A stretch of DNA of 64,000 bases from Candidatus Fermentibacterota bacterium. GTDB taxonomy: Bacteria > Fermentibacterota > Fermentibacteria > Fermentibacterales > JCC-6. The notes under the pieces were generated by a model, which worked only from the letters and a program-made list of their open reading frames with translations, did not search any database and was not told the origin of the DNA. The number at the start of each line of letters is the position of its first letter. The first letter of the stretch is position 1. Location of the stretch: positions 217 through 64,216 of the forward strand of contig JAUWSQ010000004.1 of the NCBI GenBank assembly GCA_030609965.1, given 5' to 3'. The position numbers and the translations under genes were made by a program. This document shows positions 37,668-47,034 of this stretch, in pieces.

Positions 37668-40600
37668 CTGCTTAATGTAATACCACGCCATATTCAGAAG
37701 CTCTTTCTGGAGGGCAGGACAGAGGACTGTACAGCTAACTGCATTCTTCTACTTGATATCACCGGATTTACATCAATGACCGAGAAACTCATGACCCATG
37801 GAAAGGCTGGTGCTGAGGTTCTCTCGAGTATCCTCGGGAGAATATTTTCCAGAGCCGTGAAGGAAATCTACAGCAGGGGAGGCATGATAGCTCAGTTCGA
37901 AGGGGATGCGGTAGTAGCAGTATTCCCGATAGATCGGCCTCAGGATGCACTGGATGCGGCCCAATCACTGGACCTGTACTTCAGGAAGAACCTTCATCGC
38001 AAAACAAGGTTTGGTAATTGGGAGGTTTCCGCAAGGCTTGCTCTTGCCGCAGGACCCATTGAGTGGGGGATTATCGGGAAGAAAAAGTTGATCCATTACG
38101 TAAAGGGCGACCCTATTACACGAGCCGCCTCACTTCTATCAACTGCAAGCACTGTCAGTCTGCATATCGATGAGAGTTTTCATATCATTGAAGAAAGTCG
38201 CATCAAGGCTTCAATTGAGCATTCAGAAGATACCTGCAGAGGAACCTTCGATAACACCTGCAGGATAAGGAAGAGTGTAGCGGAACATTTCGTACCTGAT
38301 CTCATACTCTCCAGCAGTCTCACGGGTGAGTTCCGCGATATAACCACTGTTTTCGCAGCGCTGCGCCGATTACCACCTGAGAAGACGCAAGGTTCTATCC
38401 AAAGCATTCTTGAAAAAGCAGCCTATTATGGGGGATATGTAAGCGGGCTTTACTTCACATCCTCAAAACCGCTTATCACAATCCTGTTCGGCGCGCCTGT
38501 ATCATGGGAGAACAACGAGTCCAGAGCTTGCAGATTCGCATGCGACCTGAAGAAATCAATCGGTGAACAGATGAGGTGCGGAATTGTCTCTGGTACGGTT
38601 TATGCAGGGATGACCGGTAATTCCAGGAGATGCACTTACACTGTATACGGTGACACCATCAACACGTCCGCAAGGCTTGTATTCAAGGCTGGATGGGGGG
38701 ATGTGCTGGTATCAGAAGAAACATCGGCCAGAACTGAGAAGGATTTCACCTGGGGCGACAGAACCAGTTGTGCATTGAGAGGAAAGAGGGAGGACACCGT
38801 TATCCTAAGCCTTCTTCACAGTCAGGATTCGAGCATCGGTCGGATATATCAGGGAGAAATGCTGGGACGTTCGTCCGAGCTGCGTTCTATTCGAAGGCGT
38901 CTGTATACTCTGAAACACGGAGCTTTCGCCGGTATTACCACCGTATACGGTGAGGCGGGTGTCGGTAAATCCAGGCTTATTTTCGAAGCTGCACGGGAGC
39001 ACGAAGGATCAGCTCTGGCATTTGTTCTGCGATGTGATGATATACTCAGAGCCAGCCTTAATCCTTTCGAATACTTCTTCAGGGATTACTTCAGGCAATC
39101 GAGTTCCAGCTCCTCAGAGGAGAATAGAACAGCGTTCAAAGAGCGTCTGGAATCTCTGGCGGTCAGGCTTGAATCCTGCGGATCCAAATCTGCGTTTTAC
39201 CTTGCGGAAAAGCTTCGTGTTTCTCAATCGGTGATAGGTTCTGTACTGGGACACTTCCGGGAGGGCTCGAATTTTGAACAGCTTGATCCTGCGGAGAAGT
39301 TCGAAAATATAGCAGTTGCCACAGGGACTTTGATAGGAGCGCTGTCGTCTATACAGCCGTTTATCCTCATAATAGAGGATCTTCAGTGGATGGATGATGA
39401 TTCGAAGAGGCTGCTTGGAATCATCTCTGGTGAGCTTGCGAAGTATCCGCTTGCAATGCTCATTTCCAGCAGATACATGGATGACGGCTCAAAACCGGAG
39501 ACCGGAATAGAACACATAGTGGATTATACATACATCGATCTTGAACCCGTCGATGAAGAAGCTGCCAGATCCATAGTATCCGCGCATTTCCCTGATAAAC
39601 CCGAATCTGACCTCACAACGTTCATTCAGGAAAGGACACTGGGAAACCCCTTCTATATCGATCAGTTCTGCGTTTACCTCAAGAATGCAGGATTTGTGGA
39701 GCGCAGGAGAAAGGGCTGGAGGCTTGTAGCGCGTAACCAGGAAGTTCCATCGGGCATTCTGTCAATACTGGTTGCCAGAATGGACAGGCTCCCCGGCAGG
39801 CTTAAGAAGCTGGTACAGACGGCTTCGGTCCTGAGTCAGGAATTCGACCTGAATGTCCTCTCTGAAATCTCCGATGACAGGAACACGGATTCTTTGCTGT
39901 GGCAGGGCGTCAGCGAACAGCTCTGGACAAGAACGAAGGAAACCACATACGCATTCAACCATGCACTTTACAGAGATGCGGCGTACGGCATGCTGCTGGA
40001 GCGGGAGCTGAAAAAACTTCACACAAAAGCAGCAGATGTGATACTTAGCATGAATGCCGATGACCCTGATAAAGTTGCTGGGAAGATAGCATTTCACATG
40101 GAAAACTCCGGAAAACTCTCTGAAGCCTCCGAATGGGGATGGAAAGCACTGCGTCAGGCGGATGATAACAGCAGGCTTCATGAGGCCCTGCAGTGGACCG
40201 AAAAACTTCAGTCCATGCTTACAAAGAACAGTACAGAGGGCAGCAGACCCCAACTGCTGTGTGATGTTCTGTTCAGTAGGAATAAGGTACTTTCCAAACT
40301 TGTCAGACATGAGGAACAGGGTAATAACCTTGAACTGCTCATGAAAATGTGCAATGTTGAAGACTGGGAAGATAGAGCCACTGATCTTCTTACCATACAG
40401 GCACATTACTACAACAGCATCGGAAGGATTGATGAAGCCTTCTCCCTCTACGAGAAAGCCCTGGAAGCTGCCGAACTGGAGAAGAATCTTGAAAGACAGG
40501 CGATGATACTGGGTAATATTGGGATCCTGCACAGGGGCTCCGGACACATCGACAAGGCAAGAAAATATTACGAAAGGGCACTTAGAATATTCAGAGAATT

Positions 40601-41315
40601 AGATGACAGGAAGAGTGAGGGAAATATTCTTGGTAATCTGGCTATTCTGCTGCGGCATCAGGGGCTCACCGCAGAGGCAGAGAAACATTACATGCAGGCT
40701 CTCAGGATACACCGTGAATTGGGTGACAGAAGGGCGGAAGGCTATATCCTCAACGGTCTGGGGAACCTCTCGGAAGATAAAGATACTGCTCTGGAATGGT
40801 TCAGGATGTCTCTTACCATAAACAGGGAGGTCGGGGACAGGAAAGCCGTCGCTATTGCCCTTGGGAACATTGGTCAGATTGATTCCGGCAGGGGGCATTT
40901 CGAGACAGCAGCTCAGAATCTGTACAGAGCCCTTGATATCTTCAGAGATATAGGCAATCTTCCTCTTCAGGCCGGGACACTCAACTATATAGGAGAGATG
41001 TACATGTCACAGGGAGATCTGGATGCAGCATACTCGAATATCCAGGAATCCATTGATATATCCAGGAGGAGCAAACGAAGACGTACCGAGGTTACTGCAA
41101 CAATCCTTCTGGGAAGGATAACAGCACAGAAGGGTGATACTGAGAGTGCCCTCGAACTGTATACACGGAGTTACGATCAGATAATAAAATACGGATTCTC
41201 ATTCGAGATCGACGAAAACTTCACCCAGCTTCGCAAGCTTCTTATTGATAAAGGAACCGACCCTTCCGTTCTCCCATGGCCGCCGGAATGGGAAGCCCAT
41301 GACGATTCAAACTGA
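37668..41315 (+). CDS. Tandem class III cyclase + STAND ATPase + TPR; probable CTG start at 37668
   Basis: LLDITGFT lies upstream of the track ATG; FEGDA, YTVYGDTINTSARL, GEAGVGKS, EDLQW, GNPFY, TPRs. Confidence 0.9.
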   Translation: MLNVIPRHIQKLFLEGRTEDCTANCILLLDITGFTSMTEKLMTHGKAGAEVLSSILGRIFSRAVKEIYSRGGMIAQFEGDAVVAVFPIDRPQDALDAAQSLDLYFRKNLHRKTRFGNWEVSARLALAAGPIEWGIIGKKKLIHYVKGDPITRAASLLSTASTVSLHIDESFHIIEESRIKASIEHSEDTCRGTFDNTCRIRKSVAEHFVPDLILSSSLTGEFRDITTVFAALRRLPPEKTQGSIQSILEKAAYYGGYVSGLYFTSSKPLITILFGAPVSWENNESRACRFACDLKKSIGEQMRCGIVSGTVYAGMTGNSRRCTYTVYGDTINTSARLVFKAGWGDVLVSEETSARTEKDFTWGDRTSCALRGKREDTVILSLLHSQDSSIGRIYQGEMLGRSSELRSIRRRLYTLKHGAFAGITTVYGEAGVGKSRLIFEAAREHEGSALAFVLRCDDILRASLNPFEYFFRDYFRQSSSSSSEENRTAFKERLESLAVRLESCGSKSAFYLAEKLRVSQSVIGSVLGHFREGSNFEQLDPAEKFENIAVATGTLIGALSSIQPFILIIEDLQWMDDDSKRLLGIISGELAKYPLAMLISSRYMDDGSKPETGIEHIVDYTYIDLEPVDEEAARSIVSAHFPDKPESDLTTFIQERTLGNPFYIDQFCVYLKNAGFVERRRKGWRLVARNQEVPSGILSILVARMDRLPGRLKKLVQTASVLSQEFDLNVLSEISDDRNTDSLLWQGVSEQLWTRTKETTYAFNHALYRDAAYGMLLERELKKLHTKAADVILSMNADDPDKVAGKIAFHMENSGKLSEASEWGWKALRQADDNSRLHEALQWTEKLQSMLTKNSTEGSRPQLLCDVLFSRNKVLSKLVRHEEQGNNLELLMKMCNVEDWEDRATDLLTIQAHYYNSIGRIDEAFSLYEKALEAAELEKNLERQAMILGNIGILHRGSGHIDKARKYYERALRIFRELDDRKSEGNILGNLAILLRHQGLTAEAEKHYMQALRIHRELGDRRAEGYILNGLGNLSEDKDTALEWFRMSLTINREVGDRKAVAIALGNIGQIDSGRGHFETAAQNLYRALDIFRDIGNLPLQAGTLNYIGEMYMSQGDLDAAYSNIQESIDISRRSKRRRTEVTATILLGRITAQKGDTESALELYTRSYDQIIKYGFSFEIDENFTQLRKLLIDKGTDPSVLPWPPEWEAHDDSN

Positions 41316-41345
41316 CAGGTTATTCCTTTTAAGGAGGTTGGACAG

Positions 41346-44132
41346 ATGATTTCAGGAGCCATTTGCGCGGTAATCATAGGTTCTGGTTTCCCCGGCCTCG
41401 AAAGCAGGGCAGATTACCTGATGGATGTGCGGCTTGAACCTGATTCGAGCATGATCTTCGGACATTCTGAGATACTGTTTACAAATGGTGTCGATTTTCC
41501 TGTTGATACTCTCTGGCTCCACCTTTATCCAAATGCCTACAGGGATATCTCAACTGCCTTCGGTCAGGATCTAGAAGCTGTTGGACGTTATCATTTCAGG
41601 GCATCTCCCGAATCCGAGAAGGGCTGGATAGACCTTTGCGGCTGGAGCCTGAACGGGAACCCGGTCGATATTTCCGTAGACGGATGTCTTGGTTTCATAA
41701 ACCTTGATTCCCCCCTTGGTCCCGGAGAAACCGCGCTGCTTCAGGGTGACTTTATCGTAAAGGTGCCCAGCTTCTGGAGCAGGATGGGGCACCTGGGAGA
41801 TACGTACCAGATCACACAATGGTATCCCAAGATGTGTGTTCTTGATGAGAATGGATGGCACAGAGGAAGGTATCACTGGAGGGGAGAGTTCTATAGCGAT
41901 TTTGGCGATTACTCGATAATTCTGGATATCCCGGAGAACTTCATTACCGCCGCTACCGGATCTGTCGAAAGCGTTTCATTTTCTGAAGACTCTCTGAGGA
42001 GAATCGAAACATGGAAAGCGGACAATGTTCATGATTTCGCCTGGTCCTCAAGCCCGGATTATACGGTAAGGGAGTATACCTACGTTTATCCTGAACGTCT
42101 GGGTGCAGATTCGATAAATGTGCACCTTGTTCTTCTGGACGATAATGAGGAACACTGGTCGGATGTACCTGCTGTTATCGATTCCACACTGCTTTACTAC
42201 GGGGAGTGGTATGTACCTTATCCCTACGATGACCTTTGGGTTGTTGAACCGGTACTTCTGATGGCCGGTGGTATGGAGTACCCCCAGTTTGTGTTTTCCG
42301 CTGTAGAGGTGCCGATGACAAGAGCCCTTGAGATGGTCACATCGCATGAAATAGGACACCAGTGGTTCTATGGTATGCTGGGAAACGATGAAGTTGATGA
42401 AGCCTGGCTTGACGAAGGGATGAATACCTTCAGCGAACTTCGCTACATGCAGAGGAGACACGGTTTTCCCGGGAATATGTCCACAACCCCCGACTGGATC
42501 ATGGAGATAAGCGATCAGGATATCAGCCTCATGACGTACGTCACCGGTACAGCTGTAGAAAAAGTTCCCGTGCTCAGCGACGCAACATCAGCCGGAGACG
42601 GCAGCCATCCCACCGGGTTCACCTACTATTCAAAACCGGCCTTTTTTCTCAGGATGCTTCAGCGTCAGGTTGGAGATGAGGATTTTGACAGGATAATGTT
42701 CATATACTTCGACCGTTTCATGTTCCACCATCCCCATACAGATGATTTTCAGGCTGTTGTGGAGGAAGTTACCGTTCGATCATGGGAGGTGGAATTCGAT
42801 TTCTGGCTCAGGGGAACCGGGAATGCTGACGTGCGGGTTGAGCGCTTGGAAGAATCGGATAGTTCAACGATGGCGGTAGTAGCAGGTGATGTGCCACATG
42901 AAGTGAAACTTGACCTGCTTTTTCTTTCAGGAAACGATTCCCTTCTTACCGAATTCACACTTGCACCTGGAACCGCTGATACAGTAACCGTACCCGGCAG
43001 CTGGAATTCGGTTATTGCTGACCCGTTCCTCTGCATGCCCGACAGGGCTCCATGGAACAATGCTCTGCCGCCATTGAGCCAGATAAAACCGATGCTGCTT
43101 CCGTTTCCCAGACCCACCCATCACAGCCTGTGGGTTCTGCCTTTCCCGTCGTATGCTGCAGGTTCCTGGAGAGCGGAGATCCTGTGCATGTCCGCTGCTG
43201 TTCCTTCATATATGGGCGGCCCATACACATGGTCGGCCTTCGCATCCGTCCCCTTCGAAAGCGGGAATTTTTCTTCATGGGGAGCCGCTTTCCATGCTCC
43301 GCTTTTCAGGGAATACCGCAGGAGCGTGTACCTCTCCACCGGGATCTCCAGGGGATACGGAACAGGCAGTGCCAGCCTGGGTGCGGACTGTTTCATGGGA
43401 GGACGAGTGCCAACGGATACTAAATTCAATATTGCTTGTAACCTCGAGCTTTTCAGCGTGGAGGACACCACGGTTTACGGAGGCTGCAATGTTGAGGAAG
43501 GAAGCGGGTTTGAATTCTCAGCAGGATTTTCAGCCGCTGATCGAAACTACGGTGTATCATGGAAAAACAGTTTGAACGCACTGGCTTCCCCCGGATGGAA
43601 TGACGGTCCATACGCACGGATGGATGGTGAACTCAATATCACGCAAAGGATTACCGGCAGTTACCTCACACGAATCAGGATTTACGCAGGCAGAATTGCA
43701 GGAGATGCTCCCGCTCACGTTTTCCTCAGACCGGGAGGAGGGCTTTTCGCAGGCGGCATAACCGGAGCGTTTCTGCCGCCGGATGGTTTACTGTCCCCAC
43801 AGGAACACTACTACGTGCGATCCGGTCCTGCCCTGCCCGGCTACTTGAACAGTCCCGTCCGGGGAAGAGCGGCTGTATCGATCGAGCAGAGGCTGCCGAT
43901 TCCGTTTCTTTTTCTTCCCGTTGAAGTATTCGGGGGTGCAGGCTGGATTGCGGATGGTTTCAGTGATTTTTCCGAGGACACTTTTCTTGCGAACGGAGGA
44001 TTTGCTGTAAGGATCGCTATGCTGGAAGCATTGTTTCCGATCTGGGTATCGGATCCCGTTGATGGCGAGAACAACTGGGAATTCCGGTGGCGGATAGGAT
44101 TGTCACCGGCAGGCTTCCCTGATCTGTACTGA
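41346..44132 (+). CDS. M1-family zinc aminopeptidase with long C-terminal extension
   Basis: AGGMEYP, HEIGHQWF...WLDEG, YYSK. Confidence 0.9.
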   Translation: MISGAICAVIIGSGFPGLESRADYLMDVRLEPDSSMIFGHSEILFTNGVDFPVDTLWLHLYPNAYRDISTAFGQDLEAVGRYHFRASPESEKGWIDLCGWSLNGNPVDISVDGCLGFINLDSPLGPGETALLQGDFIVKVPSFWSRMGHLGDTYQITQWYPKMCVLDENGWHRGRYHWRGEFYSDFGDYSIILDIPENFITAATGSVESVSFSEDSLRRIETWKADNVHDFAWSSSPDYTVREYTYVYPERLGADSINVHLVLLDDNEEHWSDVPAVIDSTLLYYGEWYVPYPYDDLWVVEPVLLMAGGMEYPQFVFSAVEVPMTRALEMVTSHEIGHQWFYGMLGNDEVDEAWLDEGMNTFSELRYMQRRHGFPGNMSTTPDWIMEISDQDISLMTYVTGTAVEKVPVLSDATSAGDGSHPTGFTYYSKPAFFLRMLQRQVGDEDFDRIMFIYFDRFMFHHPHTDDFQAVVEEVTVRSWEVEFDFWLRGTGNADVRVERLEESDSSTMAVVAGDVPHEVKLDLLFLSGNDSLLTEFTLAPGTADTVTVPGSWNSVIADPFLCMPDRAPWNNALPPLSQIKPMLLPFPRPTHHSLWVLPFPSYAAGSWRAEILCMSAAVPSYMGGPYTWSAFASVPFESGNFSSWGAAFHAPLFREYRRSVYLSTGISRGYGTGSASLGADCFMGGRVPTDTKFNIACNLELFSVEDTTVYGGCNVEEGSGFEFSAGFSAADRNYGVSWKNSLNALASPGWNDGPYARMDGELNITQRITGSYLTRIRIYAGRIAGDAPAHVFLRPGGGLFAGGITGAFLPPDGLLSPQEHYYVRSGPALPGYLNSPVRGRAAVSIEQRLPIPFLFLPVEVFGGAGWIADGFSDFSEDTFLANGGFAVRIAMLEALFPIWVSDPVDGENNWEFRWRIGLSPAGFPDLY

Positions 44133-44148
44133 AAGGTTAAGGGGGATA

Positions 44149-44400
44149 GTGAAAACTGTTCTGTTAATCGTTTTGTTTCTGGTCTGTTCAGCTTTTGCTG
44201 AAGGAGAGGACTCTCTCTCAAAGAGTGACAGCACGGATGCCGGTCTGTTCGAGCTGATCATGGAATTAACCGGCAGTACCGGACGTTTCTGGGCTAAACC
44301 GATTGAATGTGTGGATATGGACCGAATTCTGGAACTTATGGAGAGTGGTTTCCTTTCTTTCCATAAAGCCGACTGGTATGCGGTAGTGGATGATGAGTAA
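44149..44400 (+). CDS. Signal-peptide ORF, probably the detached N-terminus of amrS
   Basis: MKTVLLIVLFLVCSAFA; ends HKADWYAVVDDE, like the start of AmrS proteins. Confidence 0.6.
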   Translation: MKTVLLIVLFLVCSAFAEGEDSLSKSDSTDAGLFELIMELTGSTGRFWAKPIECVDMDRILELMESGFLSFHKADWYAVVDDE

Positions 44401-45385
44401 TTCGGTTCAGTGTGTTTTATGCCCGCATCTGTGCATCCTTTCTCCTGGTGAGCGCGGAAGGTGCAGTGTCAGGCTCAATTTGGGCGGTGAACTGATCAGC
44501 CTTGTGTACGGCCGGCCCGTTGCCGTCCACATCGATCCTGTGGAGAAGAAACCTCTATTTCATTTCATACCTGGAATTGATGTGTTCTCAATTGCGACGG
44601 CAGGCTGTAATCTGAAGTGCGAATTCTGCCAGAACTGGGAGATATCCCAGGCTGCTCCTGAGGATTTAACACCATATGACATGCCTCCTGAAGTGGTTGT
44701 AGAAAATGCTCTGGCCCATGGCTGTGAAGCGATCGCGTATACCTACACTGAACCGGTAGTGTACTTCGAATACACAAGGGACTGTGCCAGGCTGGCCCGT
44801 GAAGCGGGAATCAAGAACATCCTTGTTACCGCAGGTTACATTAACAGAGGCCCTCTATCCGAGCTGCTGGAATATGTGGATGCTGCAAACGTGGACCTCA
44901 AATCAATGTCCGATACTTATTACAGGAATGTCTGTGGAGGAACTTTGCAGCCTGTGCTTGATACGATTATTCAAATGAAGGAATCGGGCACCTGGATTGA
45001 AATCACGAATCTTATCGTACCAATGTTGAACGATGATCCTGATGAAATTGACTCTCTTGCCCGGTGGGTGTTAGAATACACCGGCTGCGATACACCGCTT
45101 CATTTTTCGAGGTTCTTTCCCATGTACAGGCTCACGGACCTGCCCCCAACACCTCTTGATATTCTCCAGGGAGCGAGAGAAAGAGCCAGTGATATCGGCC
45201 TCAATTACGTTTATGTGGGGAATGCTGTTACTTCCGAAGGTACACTGACAAAGTGTCCCGAATGCGGTGAGATACTCGTAGTAAGACATGGTTACATGAT
45301 AATGGAGAATAATATTCTGAATGGAAACTGCAGGAATTGTTCAGCCCCGATAGCAGGGGTCTGGGATGGAATGGAGGAGCAGTGA
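44390..45385 (+). CDS. amrS: AmmeMemoRadiSam system radical SAM enzyme
   Basis: C.LCP..C, G.C.VR, DPVEKKPLFHF, GCNLKCEFCQNWEISQ, YTYTEP, HFSRFFP, CPECG. Confidence 0.93.
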   Translation: MMSNSVQCVLCPHLCILSPGERGRCSVRLNLGGELISLVYGRPVAVHIDPVEKKPLFHFIPGIDVFSIATAGCNLKCEFCQNWEISQAAPEDLTPYDMPPEVVVENALAHGCEAIAYTYTEPVVYFEYTRDCARLAREAGIKNILVTAGYINRGPLSELLEYVDAANVDLKSMSDTYYRNVCGGTLQPVLDTIIQMKESGTWIEITNLIVPMLNDDPDEIDSLARWVLEYTGCDTPLHFSRFFPMYRLTDLPPTPLDILQGARERASDIGLNYVYVGNAVTSEGTLTKCPECGEILVVRHGYMIMENNILNGNCRNCSAPIAGVWDGMEEQ

Positions 45386-45555
45386 AGAAGAAAATAACCA
45401 GGCGAAGGTTTCTGTCAGGCGTGTTAATGCTGTTTTTTTCGGCAGTCGCTACAGCTTGCAGCTCTGAATTAAGCTGCAAGAACAGCACTGACAAGCCCGT
45501 GATTGGAAGAACCTCCAGGAAAAAGGCTGATTACGCAAGGGAGCTTGCAGGATGA
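45382..45555 (+). CDS. 57-aa Tat-signal lipoprotein-like peptide
   Basis: GGAGG RBS; GTGA and ATGA overlaps with both neighbours; TRRRFL, ATA-C. Confidence 0.7.
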   Translation: MKKKITRRRFLSGVLMLFFSAVATACSSELSCKNSTDKPVIGRTSRKKADYARELAG

Positions 45556-47030
45556 GAATACTTGCACTTACATCCGTTTTTCTGATTGCATGTGGAGGTA
45601 ATTCCCCTGCACAGGAAGGAACCGCGGATAGCGGCGGCATGTTGAGACCGCCGGCAGTGGCGGGAAGATTCTATCCTGGAGATTCAGCTACATTAGGGAC
45701 TATGGTTGACAGCCTGCTTGACATCTCTCTGATGCAGCACCCTGCTGCAGGTGTGATAGCGGGAGTAGTTCCCCATGCGGGATACGTGTTCAGTGGTGCT
45801 ACCGCTGCCGACTTTTACAGCTCCATTGAAGGCGTTGATTACGATGTCGTTGTACTTATCGGACCTTCTCACAGGGTCTCATTCAACGGATTCTCCGTTT
45901 TCGAGGGAAACGGGTACCTTACTCCACTTGGCGATGTTTCAGTGGCGACTGAAATCGCGCAGCGGCTAAGGGAATCGCATCCTTCAGTCAGCTTCGTTCC
46001 CGAGGCTCACGAATCCGAACACTGCCTTGAAGTGCAGCTTCCCTTTCTTCAGAAAGTGCTTCCGTCCGGTTTCAGAATTGTGCCGATCGTGGTGGGCAAT
46101 ACCGGGCCCGATGAACTTAGATACATGGCGGAACTGATACTTGCGGAGTCCTTCGATAAGCGGATTCTTGTAATCGCAAGCAGCGACCTCTCCCATTTCC
46201 CGACAAGAGAATTGGCGGAAGAGGTGGATCTACTTACAGTTGAGGCCATACTGGATGGAGATATGGACAGTTTTCTTGAAACCACTTCAGCTGACCTGAC
46301 ACCCCGTGGACTTGATACATTTGCCTGCGGAAGATTTCCCATCGCACTTGTCATGTCCTATTCAGCACTCTATCCGGATGTGACTCCGGAGCTGCTTTCC
46401 ATGACTACCAGCGCGGAATTTTCTGGCGACGATTCGGAGGTGGTGGGATATGCTTCAATTTTATTTGAAACACCTGCATTCGAACCCTCCGAATGGAATA
46501 TTTCCCCCGAAGCCATTGATATTCTTCTGGAGATTGCAGCCTCATCCGTCCGTTGTGCAGTTGAAGGCGAGAATTACAGCCTGCCCGATTCACTCCCCGG
46601 TGAACTTGAGGTTCCAAGAGGAGCATTCGTTACGCTTACAAGTAACGGACATCTCAGAGGGTGTATAGGGTCGATGCGTCCGATCAGTCCCCTTGCGGAA
46701 ACGGTAATGTTTATGGCCCGTTCCGCAGCACTTGAGGATCCCCGCTTCATACCTGTGACAGCGTCGGAGCTGCAGGATCTGGAGTACGAAATATCGGTGC
46801 TTACTCCGCTGCAGATCCTTGATGACTGGCGGAATGTTGTGGTGGGCACCGATGGCCTGCTGATCTCGGATCCGAGAGGAAGGTCCGGTGTACTGCTGCC
46901 TCAGGTTCCCCTGGAGCAGGATTGGAACAGAGTGGAGTTCATGGAAGGTGTTTGCCTGAAGGCGGGAATGGACCGGAATGCATACCTGGGGAATGTAACC
47001 CTTTACCGTTTTCAGGCTCAGGTTTTCTGA
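45552..47030 (+). CDS. amrB: AmmeMemoRadiSam protein B (Memo) - protein A (AMMECR1) fusion with lipoprotein signal
   Basis: LIAC lipobox; RPPAVAGRFYP, PHAGY, GPSH, EHCLEVQ, SSDLSH; RGAFVTL, LRGCIG, DPRF, LLPQV. Confidence 0.93.
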   Translation: MRILALTSVFLIACGGNSPAQEGTADSGGMLRPPAVAGRFYPGDSATLGTMVDSLLDISLMQHPAAGVIAGVVPHAGYVFSGATAADFYSSIEGVDYDVVVLIGPSHRVSFNGFSVFEGNGYLTPLGDVSVATEIAQRLRESHPSVSFVPEAHESEHCLEVQLPFLQKVLPSGFRIVPIVVGNTGPDELRYMAELILAESFDKRILVIASSDLSHFPTRELAEEVDLLTVEAILDGDMDSFLETTSADLTPRGLDTFACGRFPIALVMSYSALYPDVTPELLSMTTSAEFSGDDSEVVGYASILFETPAFEPSEWNISPEAIDILLEIAASSVRCAVEGENYSLPDSLPGELEVPRGAFVTLTSNGHLRGCIGSMRPISPLAETVMFMARSAALEDPRFIPVTASELQDLEYEISVLTPLQILDDWRNVVVGTDGLLISDPRGRSGVLLPQVPLEQDWNRVEFMEGVCLKAGMDRNAYLGNVTLYRFQAQVF

Positions 47031-47034
47031 GAAG

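Noticed and set aside
37455-37691. 78-aa minus-strand ORF
   Set aside because: No RBS or motif; lies in a divergent promoter region and overlaps the cyclase start
33438-41315. CBASS/Pycsar-like cyclase-patatin system
   Set aside because: Patatin is RssA-type, divergent from and more than 3 kb from the cyclase; no CD-NTase present
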